Positions 25,159-35,134 of a DNA stretch of 64,000 nt are shown here, piece by piece (position 1 is the first letter of the stretch; the number at the start of each line of letters is the position of its first letter). Both the position numbers and the translations under genes were made by a program. The notes under the pieces are model-generated. The model did no database searches, was not told where the DNA came from, and saw only the letters and a list, made by a program, of their open reading frames with translations. The DNA lies in the IMG/VR virus record IMGVR_UViG_3300032157_000002, positions 17,327-81,326 of that record; one strand, 5' to 3'. Source of the stretch: a virus.

Positions 25159-25679
25159 TGTACACCAAGATGACCGCCGCTGAATTGCGATCGGCGCTCT
25201 ACACTCTCGATTTCACCCAGCGCGATTTGGCTGAGCTCCTCAGCTATTCCCTCTCCCAGATCAACGCAATGTGCCGCGACCGCACCGAAGTCCCCAAAGC
25301 GGTGGAATTCATCGTGCGCCTCATCCTGCTGCACCCCAAACTGAAAGACCTCATCATCGGCTGGCATATCGAGCAAACCACAGGTGAACCCAATATCGCC
25401 CAGGCCGAATTTATGAACATGGTCGCCCAGGGCGAATATGCCGCCGATCTCCTGAAAGCCAAAGACGATCAAATCCGCGTCATCCGCGATGAAATCACCA
25501 ACCTCAACGAACAAAATGCCGGCCTCAATAAAGAGCTAAGACGCCTCCGCCGCGACCAAAAGCGCGCCATGGCCCTCATCGAAGCCCTCATCGAAGAAGG
25601 CGTCATCGATCCCGCTCAAGATTGCCCCGAACTCTTCCCAAAACCAAAGACTGAACCAACCGTCGAGGGAGTGCACTAA
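25158..25679 (+). CDS. HTH DNA-binding protein with coiled coil
   Basis: MTAAELRSAL...TQRDLAELL...VPKAV XRE-like HTH. Confidence 0.75.
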   Translation: MYTKMTAAELRSALYTLDFTQRDLAELLSYSLSQINAMCRDRTEVPKAVEFIVRLILLHPKLKDLIIGWHIEQTTGEPNIAQAEFMNMVAQGEYAADLLKAKDDQIRVIRDEITNLNEQNAGLNKELRRLRRDQKRAMALIEALIEEGVIDPAQDCPELFPKPKTEPTVEGVH

Positions 25680-26040
25680 TGCGTGGTGGAATTGGTGCGA
25701 CTGGCCACAGCCCTGAGCTAGGGGCCAGTCCTGCAATCGGGGCCTTTGCCGATATGGCTGGCAGCGAAGACATCAAGCGCAGACACTGGCAGAAATAAAT
25801 GATCATCTCCGATCTCGCCGCCGCCTTCGATCGGCATTTCAAGCTCGATAGCGGCACCCTCGTCAGCGTGGACCTATGCGATAATGGCAAGATGGTTGAG
25901 TTCGGCTTCGTCTCAACCATTACCGGCACCAAGCAGTTCATCGGCATAAAACTTTCCGGCCAGAGCTACAATGAGGCCGGCAAGGATGCCGCTGAGGGAG
26001 CTATGAAATGGCTTGCCGCTCACCATGAGAGGGTGAAGGT

Positions 26041-26361
26041 ATGATATTCGACCTGCCGGCTTTCATTCGTCGCCAAAGGGCATGGGGGGAAGAGACGTTC
26101 GGCCCTGGCGAGCGCACCATTGGCATTACGAAACATATCGCCAAAGAGCTTGATGAAATTCGCGCCGATCCCTCTGACCTGGAGGAGTGGGTAGACGTTA
26201 TTCAGCTCGCGCTCTGCGGCGCGTGGCGCATGGGGTATTCACCAGAGCAAATCTGCGCAGCCATCCTCGCTAAGCAGGACAAGAATGAGGCGCGCGATTG
26301 GCCTGACTGGCGCACCGTTCCCCATGACAGTCCTGTTGAGCATATCAAGGTGATGGTCTAA
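26041..26361 (+). CDS. dATP/dGTP pyrophosphohydrolase-domain protein (DUF550-like)
   Basis: RQRAWGEETFGPG...HIAKELDEI...EWVDVIQLALCGAWR. Confidence 0.8.
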   Translation: MIFDLPAFIRRQRAWGEETFGPGERTIGITKHIAKELDEIRADPSDLEEWVDVIQLALCGAWRMGYSPEQICAAILAKQDKNEARDWPDWRTVPHDSPVEHIKVMV

Positions 26362-26594
26362 TGCGCGCTGCCCTCCATGATGTCGTCACCTTCATCAGAG
26401 GCAAGGAAACCCTAGACGGCACCATCGTCTTCGTCCACGCTGAAGGCACCAGCAATGAAGCCTATCTCATCGAAGTTGAAGAAGATGTCCTGACCGTCCA
26501 TCCCGATCAAATCACCAAGATCACGCACAAGGCCGATGAGCAGAGTGAAAAAGAAACGGCGAGTGAATGAAGCATAATCTGGGGGACAGACTTA

Positions 26595-27149
26595 ATGGCG
26601 CGTAAAAAGAACGAGCCGCCGACCGATAGCGCATCCCCAGAGGAGCCTGAAGAGGCCTTCGTGCTGGAGGAAATGCCCGGCAATGTCACGCTTAAGCGTA
26701 AGCGCGGGCGTCCTATTTCGAAATGGAATCCGCAATACATCACAATTGCCAAAGCCATGCTCCGCAAGGGCGCAACCATTGCTGAGATCGCCAAGGCGTT
26801 CGATGTAAAGGACAGCACTGTATGGAAATGGCGACAATCTTACGAGGAGTTCGATGAAGCCTTCCGCGAATTAGGAAGTGTGTATGATGAACGCATCGAA
26901 AGAACACTTGCTGAGCGTGCTGCGGGGTATTCGTATATCGCCCAGAAGCCTATGATTGTGAAGGGGCAAGTACAGATCGTAGAATACTGGGAGCATTGCC
27001 CGCCCGACATTACCGCGTTACGGCATTGGCTTGGTGTTCGCATGGGTGAGAAGTGGCGCGTTAAGGAGCAGGTCGAAGTCTCCGGCGATGAAGTCTTCAA
27101 GGAAGTCTGGCAGAACTTGAAATCCAAGCGGGATGAGGCAGAGAAATAA
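26595..27149 (+). CDS. terS: terminase small subunit
   Basis: GRPISKWNP HTH, IERTLAERAAG, PPDITALRHWL. Confidence 0.8.
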   Translation: MARKKNEPPTDSASPEEPEEAFVLEEMPGNVTLKRKRGRPISKWNPQYITIAKAMLRKGATIAEIAKAFDVKDSTVWKWRQSYEEFDEAFRELGSVYDERIERTLAERAAGYSYIAQKPMIVKGQVQIVEYWEHCPPDITALRHWLGVRMGEKWRVKEQVEVSGDEVFKEVWQNLKSKRDEAEK

Positions 27150-27323
27150 GCCCTGGCCAGTCAGGAGATGGGTAGACGCGATAGTCATGGGCCAGGGCTT
27201 TGAAGAACTCTCGGCCATCCAGGAGTTGGAGACGGGATAGGTCGATTGGGCCGAGAAAAGTAAAAGCGGGGTGGGCGGTCCAGAACGTTGCCTTGGGTAA
27301 CCACCATATAGTGAGGAGCCGCC
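27150..27323 (-). ncRNA. TIGR-like array (2 clear units with variant box D + 1 degenerate)
   Basis: GCCCTGGC-CCA-TGACTATCG-CG-TCTAC-CCA-TCTCCTGAC-TG-GCCAGGGC; TCTCGGC-CCA-ATCGACCTA-TC-CCGTCT-CCA-ACTCCTGGA-TG-GCCGAGA. Confidence 0.7.
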
Positions 27324-27329
27324 TTGCAG

Positions 27330-27518
27330 CTATATAGCGCTGGCCTGTTTGGCTTTCAAGCGCTCTCGCCGGCAAGAGGCGCAATAGGGTTGGTTCGCCG
27401 AGCGCGGTCGCTCCCGGCAGGTGGTGCAGAGCATCCGGCAATCCTCACAGACTAGCCGGATGCCGTAGGCCTCCTTGGTCTGGCAGATTTTACAGATACG
27501 GGTTACCGGTTTTGACAT
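27330..27518 (-). CDS. small multi-CxxC Zn-finger protein
   Basis: Four CxxC pairs, paralogous to N-termini of 27503-27895 and 28229-28633. Confidence 0.65.
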   Translation of the reverse strand: MSKPVTRICKICQTKEAYGIRLVCEDCRMLCTTCRERPRSANQPYCASCRRERLKAKQASAI

Positions 27519-27895
27519 TTTCTTGCGACCCTCAGAGATTCAGTGTGATGCTTCGGGCAAAGCCAGCGGATGCTCTCGATAGGATTGTCGAAGTCGAGAA
27601 TGCGGAGGCGGACATTCTCGACCCCGCACACCACGCACTTCCCCTTCCTTATCCGGCCAGCCCGAACATCCACGCCGATGCGAGAGCGAATGTCTGCGCG
27701 CCGCTTGGCTTCGCCCTCAAGCGAGTTCTCGGCGCGATAGCGTTTCTGACGTTGAGATTTACAGGCGTCGCACCAGCGATGGCTCGCCGAGCGCGGCGCC
27801 TGGAAGCATTTGGAGCAGAGCGAGGAGCACGCTGGACAATAAGGGCTCCATTTCTTAGCTTCTGCAACAGTACAGTGTTTGCATAGCCTAGCCAT
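27503..27895 (-). CDS. Zn-finger HNH-like protein, catalytic His apparently lost
   Basis: CxxC x4, RIRKGKCVVCG...RLRILDFDNP...WLCPKHH. Confidence 0.7.
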   Translation of the reverse strand: MARLCKHCTVAEAKKWSPYCPACSSLCSKCFQAPRSASHRWCDACKSQRQKRYRAENSLEGEAKRRADIRSRIGVDVRAGRIRKGKCVVCGVENVRLRILDFDNPIESIRWLCPKHHTESLRVARKCQNR

Positions 27896-27963
27896 TGTGT
27901 GCGTTCCTGTCTATAGTCCCTTACGGTTTCGTGTGGAACGGTGAAACAGAAGGACCAAGGAGA

Positions 27964-28311
27964 ATGAGGGAATTCGATTTCGACCACGAGCTGGTGCTTC
28001 TGGAGGGCATACGGCGCGGTCTCGGCGATAGTTGGGCTCATGGCCAGGAGTGGATTACGGTGGTGCCACGTCGAGGCATTCTTGAGGTTTCGATGTCGCC
28101 GCCAGCTTCCAAGAAGATGTTCCGCATTCAAGAGCTGTTCCTCAGTCAGATGGATGAGGGCGATCTTTACAAGGCTGGCCTTATCGTCGGCTTTGAGATG
28201 GCAAAATATCTCAACAAATATCAGCGCTTCATTGATCCTTCGGCTCTGGCTTGGGAGAAGGGTGAAGAGGGTGATGCAGGTAAACGTGGTGTCGCCGGCA
28301 GAGCCAAGTGA
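27964..28311 (+). CDS. hypothetical protein
   Basis: CCAAGGAGA RBS before MREFDFD. Confidence 0.6.
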   Translation: MREFDFDHELVLLEGIRRGLGDSWAHGQEWITVVPRRGILEVSMSPPASKKMFRIQELFLSQMDEGDLYKAGLIVGFEMAKYLNKYQRFIDPSALAWEKGEEGDAGKRGVAGRAK

Positions 28312-28633
28312 TGCGAAGCGGCCAGTTGTAATCAGCATGATGCATTTCGGCCGGCTCGCCACAGACTTGGCATCCTTTTCGGCTGATTTTGCCGCGCTTG
28401 AGGTGTGAATGTGCATAGGCCCGCGCGCGAGCTTTGTGCTTCTGCTCCTCGCTCATCGCAGAGTATGGCTTGCGGGTTGCCCGCTTGTTGGCGGCTTGGC
28501 ATCCGTTGCAATAGGACGAGCGGACGCCCTTAAAGTTCGTGCCGCACTTCGAGCAAAGGCGACGGCAATAGTTGCAGTAGCGCATCCCCTCTATTTGAAT
28601 CTCGGTCTCTTGGCATCGCGGGCAGATCGGCAT
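28229..28633 (-). CDS. Zn-finger HNH-like endonuclease
   Basis: KARARAYAHSHLKRGKI...CQVCG...EMHHADY...WLCRRHH. Confidence 0.75.
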   Translation of the reverse strand: MPICPRCQETEIQIEGMRYCNYCRRLCSKCGTNFKGVRSSYCNGCQAANKRATRKPYSAMSEEQKHKARARAYAHSHLKRGKISRKGCQVCGEPAEMHHADYNWPLRITWLCRRHHVYLHHPLHPSPKPEPKDQ

Positions 28634-28713
28634 TAGCTTCTCGTTTGGTCTGTAGCGCCTTGCGGCTCATGCAAAAGTGACTATAACAATGTCAGCACCC
28701 AGACAAGGAGAGA

Positions 28714-29520
28714 ATGATGAACGACACCTCCAAGCGGATAGAAGCCGCTTTAAAGATGCTCGCCGCGCGCGGCAATGCGCTCGACCTGGAGGCGGTGAAG
28801 CTCATCAAAGAGCTGAACCAGAATGCGCAAGCCGTGGGGAGAATGGGCAATGGTCTCCAGAATGAGATTGACCTTCAGCTCCGCGCCATTGAAGTCCAAT
28901 CCCTGATGGCGCACAACCGCCAGCTCATGGAGGAAATCAAGCAGCTCAATGCCGATCTCGACTTCGTGCATAAAGAGCGGGATGCCGCTCTTGAGCGCAT
29001 GGATAATGCTGTATCGTCGCGCATCGTTGATTTGCGTCAGCCTGATCCGGGCATCGACAACGGCATCGCCTGGATACCGGATGACGCCAGTGTTCGCGGT
29101 GCATTCGAGGAGCTGGCTGAGGTTTCCGAGAAACTAGCCAAAGCATTGGGTCGGCCCCTTCGAGAGGAAGACACGCCCTTGCTGCTCGCAGATGAAGTCG
29201 AGCGCGAGATGATGGTGCTGCGCGTTGCCGCCAAGGTCGCGGAAAAATTAAGCGAGACTGTCTGCACCACCACGACGAACTTTGACGGCTGCCTAACCAC
29301 TATCGATATCGGCGCCAAGGCCGACGCCATCCTTGATCTTCCACCCCCTACGATCATCACCGGGTCGCTGCCGACCCCGAAACGAGGGCCGACTCTGTGG
29401 GATACGCTCCGGGAGCAGTGGCAGAAGGAGGAGGCCAAGAGGTTGGCCGATCGTATTGCGGGATGGGACGCCATGGAGCGCATTCTGAGCGATGACGATG
29501 AAACCCCAGGAACTCCGTGA
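28714..29520 (+). CDS. coiled-coil hypothetical protein
   Basis: 268 aa, AAGGAGA RBS. Confidence 0.75.
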   Translation: MMNDTSKRIEAALKMLAARGNALDLEAVKLIKELNQNAQAVGRMGNGLQNEIDLQLRAIEVQSLMAHNRQLMEEIKQLNADLDFVHKERDAALERMDNAVSSRIVDLRQPDPGIDNGIAWIPDDASVRGAFEELAEVSEKLAKALGRPLREEDTPLLLADEVEREMMVLRVAAKVAEKLSETVCTTTTNFDGCLTTIDIGAKADAILDLPPPTIITGSLPTPKRGPTLWDTLREQWQKEEAKRLADRIAGWDAMERILSDDDETPGTP

Positions 29521-30877
29521 ATGTCTGCGCCGGCTCGGGATGACAAGGATGCAGCTTGAGTCCATCCTCGGCCGGCGCGTGGATAATGTCGATGAGATGA
29601 CGGCGCGCTGCATTCGTGCGCTAGTCTTGCGGCCAGAGGTGCGTAAGCTGGTGCAAGAGGTGAGAATCTGCTTTCCTTCTGCCACTTTCGAAGCCATTCG
29701 GATGGTGGCAAATGATGAGCCAGGAACTTGACGCAGTGACGATTTACGACAGAACTGTGGATGAGCTTCAGTTGGCGTTGATGGTGGCTCCCTGCGACTC
29801 TTCAGATCGGATATCGGCTTTGATCGAAGTCTTATGCCGAACGCTAGCCGATGAGGAGATTATCCCTGATGCGCGATTTTTTGCGCGAATTTCGCCCTGG
29901 GTCTCAAGTCGTGTCGCCACACTCATCCTTAGCAACGCGGAAAGCGAAGTTGATGCCACATAAGGTTGAGTTCGTTAACGAAAATGGTGTTAGGATAGGC
30001 ATCCGCGTCGAGGATAACAGCAAGAACAACCCAAGCTTCCCAGTTCATGTGGTCATTCAAGCACCTCTTGGCATGACGGTCTTAGATATGACACGCCAGG
30101 AGGCAACGCAGCTCTATCAGGCGCTGCAACTGCATCTGGAGCCTCGCTCGTATGGATGAGACGTTCTTCGATCCCAATTATGTCCCCGGCGCATTCATTG
30201 AACATGGAAGGAAGGGCATGAAACTCTGGCGCAATGTCATGGAAGGCTGCAAGTTCTTGGTGGTGCGCCGCGACGGCACCGTGCCGGAGTGGCCGCATTT
30301 CGTTATGGGCGCGCGCGATCCATGGGCACCGGCCGCGATGCGGGCCTATGCGGATGCCGCTGAGCGCGACAATGCTGAGCCTGAATATGTGCAGAGCCTG
30401 CGTGAGGAAGCCGATCGTTTCGAGGAGTATCGCCAGAAGCATGGCGCTGGTGATCCAGAAGCAGCCCCGCATCGTGTCGATGATCCCGCAATCGTCCAGG
30501 TCATGCGCGACTGCGCCGGAGGCCGGGTCTTCATCGCCGCCGCTTGGGATGCTGAGCAAGTGAAACGTGAAGCCGAGAAAGAAACCCAAAGCCCACCCTG
30601 GGATGAATAAGGAGAAGCAGCCATGAAAGACGTGACCCCGCAGGAGATGCGGTGCAACATTAGAGCCTGCCCCACCCTCTATGAGGTGACCCCGGCGCCT
30701 TGCGCTATCGCGATATCCTGTCCCGCCCTCTATGAGCAGGAAGATGGCTATATCATCATCGGCAAGATCATGCGGGAGGAAGACATTCCCGCCGAGGTGA
30801 AGGCTAAATGCGGTGAAGACGAAGCTGTAACCTGGGTGCCAAAGCGGCTGCTCAAAGGCAATGAGGCGCTGAAATAA
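29492..30877 (+). other. five small hypothetical ORFs (incl. HTH-like 29492-29731, 30152-30610, 30623-30877)
   Basis: Packed plus-strand ORFs. Confidence 0.65.
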
Positions 30878-30920
30878 ACGGCCCATCTTCCCCATGATCG
30901 CCATCACAATCGTGGCCGTT
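30877..30920 (+). ncRNA. TIGR-like unit (1) upstream of terL
   Basis: AACGGC-CCA-TCTTCCCCA-TG-ATCG-CCA-TCACAATCG-TG-GCCGTT. Confidence 0.78.
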
Positions 30921-31101
30921 CTCGGCATCCCAGTCTTAATCTGGGGTGCCGTTCTTTTGTGGAATCAGGCACTCTATTTCCCCGTGGCAGCGCTCGCGGT
31001 CGCCGCGCTCCTGGCCATCTCGCTGATGGCGATCCACCTCACGCCGGAGCCGGCCGAGACCCTGCCGCCACCTGACTATCTACCGATGGGGAAGCCACAA
31101 A

Positions 31102-32568
31102 ATGGTGAGCGCGCCGGCAATTAAGGTTGAGCCCAATTGGCAAGAGGCTTGGCTCAGCAGCGCCAATAATCCCTGGCTGTTCGCCACGGGGGTGATGGGC
31201 TATCTGCCGGCCGGCGTTCCCAATCCCGATGGCGCGCGCCAGCTCGAAAAATGGCAGGACAAGTTCCTGCGGGACTTCTTCCTCGACCCAGCCGGCAATA
31301 TCACCGACAGTCCGCGCCATACCGTTCGCTCCGGCCATGGCGTCGGCAAGTCCACCATCATCGCTATCCTGGCCCTCTGGTTCCCGCTGACCCATTACGA
31401 CAGCAAGACGGTCATCACCGCGAACTCGCAAGACCAGCTAAAAACCAATAACTGGCCAGAATTACGAAAGCAATCCAAGCACTTGCCGGAAGCGCTGCAA
31501 GCCCAGCTCCAAATCGATGAAGAGCGAATGTATATCAAGGCCTCGCCCGAGATGGCCTTTGTGGTGCGACGCACTGCCTCGAAGTCTAATCCGGAAGCCC
31601 TCGCCGGCATCCATGCCGAGCATGTGCTTTATCTGATCGACGAAGCCTCTGGCATTGACGATATCGTCTTCGAGACCGCGCAAGGCTCGCTGTCCACCCA
31701 CGGCGCCATTGCCTGCATGTTCTCCAATCCAACCCGCACCTCGGGTTTCTTTTACGACACCCATCATGTGCTTTCAAAGCGCTGGCGCGGCTTCCATGTC
31801 TCATCGGCCGATGTCGCCCGAGCCCAGGGCCATATCGAAGATATTATCACCGCCTATGGCAAGGGATCGAACAAATATCGCGTCCGTGTCGAGGGCGAGT
31901 TCCCCAATCAGGATGACGATACCGTGATCCCGATGGCCTGGGTGAAGGCGGCGATTGATCGCGATGTGAGCCCGCTTGATTTCCTGCCGATCTGGGGGGT
32001 GGATGTGGCGCGGTTCGGGGATGATGCCTCCGCGCTTGCCAAGCGACAAGCCAATCGGCTGCTGGAGCCGGTCAAGATGTGGTTTGGCAAGGACAATATG
32101 CAGCTTACCGGCCTCATCATGGCGGAATATTACGGCACTCACGAGGATATGAGGCCCAAGGAAATCCTCATCGATGTGATCGGCAATGGCTCGGGTGTGG
32201 TGGATCGCTGCCGCGAAAATGGCCTGCCGGTGCGCGGCATCAATGTGGCTGAGAGCAATGCCTCAGATGACCGCTGCTTTAAACTGCGCGATGAATTGTG
32301 GTGGAAGGGGCGCCAGTGGTTTGAGGCGCATGATTGCTCAATCCCCAATGATTTGCGGTTGATCTCTGAGTTGGTGGTGCCGACCTATGACCACCATTCC
32401 TCGGGTCGCATTGTGGTGGAGACCAAGAAGGATATGAAGAAGCGGGTGCCGGCGATGGGCTCGCCGAACTGCGCTGATGCCTTGTTGTTGACCTTTGCGG
32501 CCAATCCTTACCGCAAGATGGTTGACCGCAAGGGGCCGCCGAAATGGCGGAACCCTTGGGCCGAATAA
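31102..32568 (+). CDS. terL: terminase large subunit
   Basis: VRSGHGVGKST Walker A, YLIDEASG Walker B, WGVDVARFGDD RuvC-like nuclease, SPNCADAL. Confidence 0.95.
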   Translation: MVSAPAIKVEPNWQEAWLSSANNPWLFATGVMGYLPAGVPNPDGARQLEKWQDKFLRDFFLDPAGNITDSPRHTVRSGHGVGKSTIIAILALWFPLTHYDSKTVITANSQDQLKTNNWPELRKQSKHLPEALQAQLQIDEERMYIKASPEMAFVVRRTASKSNPEALAGIHAEHVLYLIDEASGIDDIVFETAQGSLSTHGAIACMFSNPTRTSGFFYDTHHVLSKRWRGFHVSSADVARAQGHIEDIITAYGKGSNKYRVRVEGEFPNQDDDTVIPMAWVKAAIDRDVSPLDFLPIWGVDVARFGDDASALAKRQANRLLEPVKMWFGKDNMQLTGLIMAEYYGTHEDMRPKEILIDVIGNGSGVVDRCRENGLPVRGINVAESNASDDRCFKLRDELWWKGRQWFEAHDCSIPNDLRLISELVVPTYDHHSSGRIVVETKKDMKKRVPAMGSPNCADALLLTFAANPYRKMVDRKGPPKWRNPWAE

Positions 32569-33323
32569 GCAGCCACTAGCAGGTTGGGGCGGGTTACGCC
32601 CACGGCAGCAATGGGCTGCTAATGGGTTGCGGCCAAGTTCCTAATGGATGGCAAGTGCGCTATGGGCCGCTTGTTGGTGCCATGGCCAGATTGGCTTTGG
32701 GGATCACCAGTTCTGTGGGCCATGGACTTTGGAAAGAGGGGGCATGGCCACCGTTCCGTGGCGAACAATTCTTTGATGGGCCATGCCGATTAAGAATGAG
32801 ACGGCCATACTTTGACTGGGCTTCATCGCTGTGCTGGGCCGCGATATTGGTGGCCGGCAGGGGGGATGGAAGGCGGCTCCCTTAAATATCGGGAGATCGA
32901 GCTTTGTTTCCCTGCCGGCCTGAGCGATGGGGGGTTGCCTCCTGGGAGATTTTGCCCATCACTCATCTCGTTTGCGGCCAAGCTTGCCAATGGAAGGCAG
33001 TCGTGCCATGGGCCGCGACATTAGTGGGCCAGCGGGGGAAGGAAGCTCTGGAGCTTATTGCCCGCTGGCCTGAGTGATGGGGGATTACCATCTGAGATAT
33101 TTATCCATCACTCATCTCGTTTGCGGCCAACTTGGAGATGGAAGTCAATCGTGCGTGGGCCGCGATAGTGGTGGCCAGCAGGGGGATGAAGACGCTTGCG
33201 ACGTTTTGTTCCCCGCTGGCCTGAGTGACGGGGGGAAAACACTGATGTATCCAGAAATTTCCCATCACTCAACTCGTTTGCGGCCAAGGACATCATGGTG
33301 GATCATGATTGGGCGTGGGCCGC
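32568..33323 (-). ncRNA. large TIGR-like array (8 units) with three repeated double-hairpin linkers
   Basis: Units at 32568, 32629, 32680, 32742, 32802, 32974, 33123, 33280; all read stem-CCA-N8-10-TG-loop-CCA-N8-10-TG-stem on minus strand. Confidence 0.85.
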
Positions 33324-33427
33324 GAATTCCGGTGGTGATCTGATCAATCCCTCGTTCTGTGCAACGTAGCGCGGACGCTCTGCTGTTGGTCAGTGCATCC
33401 ATAACTGGCCAGACCACCGTGATTCGA

Positions 33428-33456
33428 TATATAATTCGGGTTACGCGAAAAGGCAA
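33428..33456 (-). promoter_or_regulatory. promoter facing the 8-unit array
   Basis: TTGCCT-N17-TATATA. Confidence 0.6.
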
Positions 33457-34663
33457 GAGGCCAGATGCCGTGTGGTTTGCCATAAGCTGCTTGGGCCTCG
33501 AATTTAATGGAAGCAGCCATGATAGAGTGGCTACCAAGAGATTTGTGGGCTGCTTTGCTCATAATATGGAGACCGACTGTGGAAAACGCAAGTGAGACGA
33601 TCGCCAAGCGCCTCGTGGAGGATTGGATGCAAGAAAATAAGCTTTACCTATTGGATGGCGATATGCGCATCCTGCATCCGATTGCCCGCGAGGCCTTAAT
33701 CAGCCGGATCGTCAAGGAGTTGAATGTTAATGGCCAAGCCGAAATCGCGTCTGATGGAAAGGCTAAAGCGCGCAAGAAGGCCAAGGATTGATATCCCGAT
33801 GGCCGAATGCGTGGTTGATCTGGGCCGCTATCTCGGCATGCCGGTGCGCGCCGAGCCCCGGCTGGAAGACGGCGCCTGGGGCTTTTCAGATCAAGGTGAA
33901 GTTCTGATAGCCCATGACCTTTGGGAAAAGCTGGCCATCGCCACTTTTGAGTTTGAGTTGCTGACGGAGATTGACGATGACGATCCTAGTGGCAAGGCGC
34001 AAGGTGCCGACAAGATTAGCGCAGGATGACTGGCCGATTGCCATGCGTCTCTGGCGCAACGGCATGGATACATTTGCAATTGCCCAACATCTCAAGGTGC
34101 ATGAATCGCGGGTTTACAATACCCTCTATAGTATGCGTGAGGAGCGGCGTCGCGCGGAAGGCGATTTGTTCGATGCCGCGATCGCAAGAGAGAGGGCAAA
34201 TCGTGGCGCGGCTGAGCAAAAAGGATTGGAACAAACTCAAGAAGGTGATGGGAAACTATAAGGGAACCTTGCAGCGCGGGGTGAAATGGACCACGGGAAG
34301 AGAGCGCAGGGGCTGGACCAAGAAGGTTGCGGCCAAGACCAATGGGGCAGCCGAGCATTAAGGAGACCAAGCCATGAGTAGACAGCAATCCAGCACGCCA
34401 GACTTAGAGGAATCACCTCGACGCAGCGGCGGCAATCGCAAGGAAAAAGTTTGGATTGTTTGGCATCGCTATAATGCTGAGATGCGCGCTCGTCTTGACC
34501 AACTTCGACGCGAGAATAGCCGAAGTTGGTGGCCGCGCGGGTCTCACAACTGGTCCCGCCACGGCAAATATGCGACGCGCGGAGCCGCTCAAATGGCGGC
34601 CGAGAAGAATGGAATGATGCAGCACTTTGAGTTCTGTATCACGCATAAGGACGATGAGAAGCC

Positions 34664-35134
34664 ATGACCATGATCCAGTGCAAAGACTGCCGCTTCTGGC
34701 GGACAGCGGAGCGCCAGGGACATTTTGCACCTTGCGGGCTGCATGATCTGCCGCATGGTGTCGAGCGCGGCGATTATGAGACCTGGGAAAGCGATTATCG
34801 CAGCCCATGGATGCCTGATCTGGGCGGGTGTCTTGGCTTTGAAGAGCGGGTGCCGGTGGAGTGCTGGTTGCATTTGGCGCCGAGAAGGACGCCTTTGCCA
34901 AACCATGTCGGTGCGATTAAGCTGGTGCGCCAGCGCGGCGGTCTGAGTCTGGCCGATGCCCGGCAATGGCTTGAGCTGGCGCTGTCGGCACATAATGCCA
35001 AGACCCGCAAGAAAGTGGCTATCTCACTGATGTTAAAGGATTTTGACGGATTTCGCAAGGAGATGGCCGGGCAGGGCTTTGAGATTCTTCCGGCGCCACC
35101 ACCCGTTGTAAAAAGACGCAAAAAACATACATAA
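34664..35134 (+). CDS. protein with ribosomal L7/L12 C-terminal-like segment
   Basis: N-terminal CKDC; VGAIKLVRQRGGLSLADARQWLE resembles L7/L12 CTD helix-turn-helix. Confidence 0.55.
   Translation: MTMIQCKDCRFWRTAERQGHFAPCGLHDLPHGVERGDYETWESDYRSPWMPDLGGCLGFEERVPVECWLHLAPRRTPLPNHVGAIKLVRQRGGLSLADARQWLELALSAHNAKTRKKVAISLMLKDFDGFRKEMAGQGFEILPAPPPVVKRRKKHT

Noticed and set aside
32568-33323. CRISPR array or REP elements
   Set aside because: No identical direct repeats with 30-40-nt spacers and no cas genes; the dual 9-nt-spacer box grammar explains it better.
33345-33420. Ninth unit in the array leader
   Set aside because: Partial CCA-N8-TG...CCA-N9 pattern but no closing stem.
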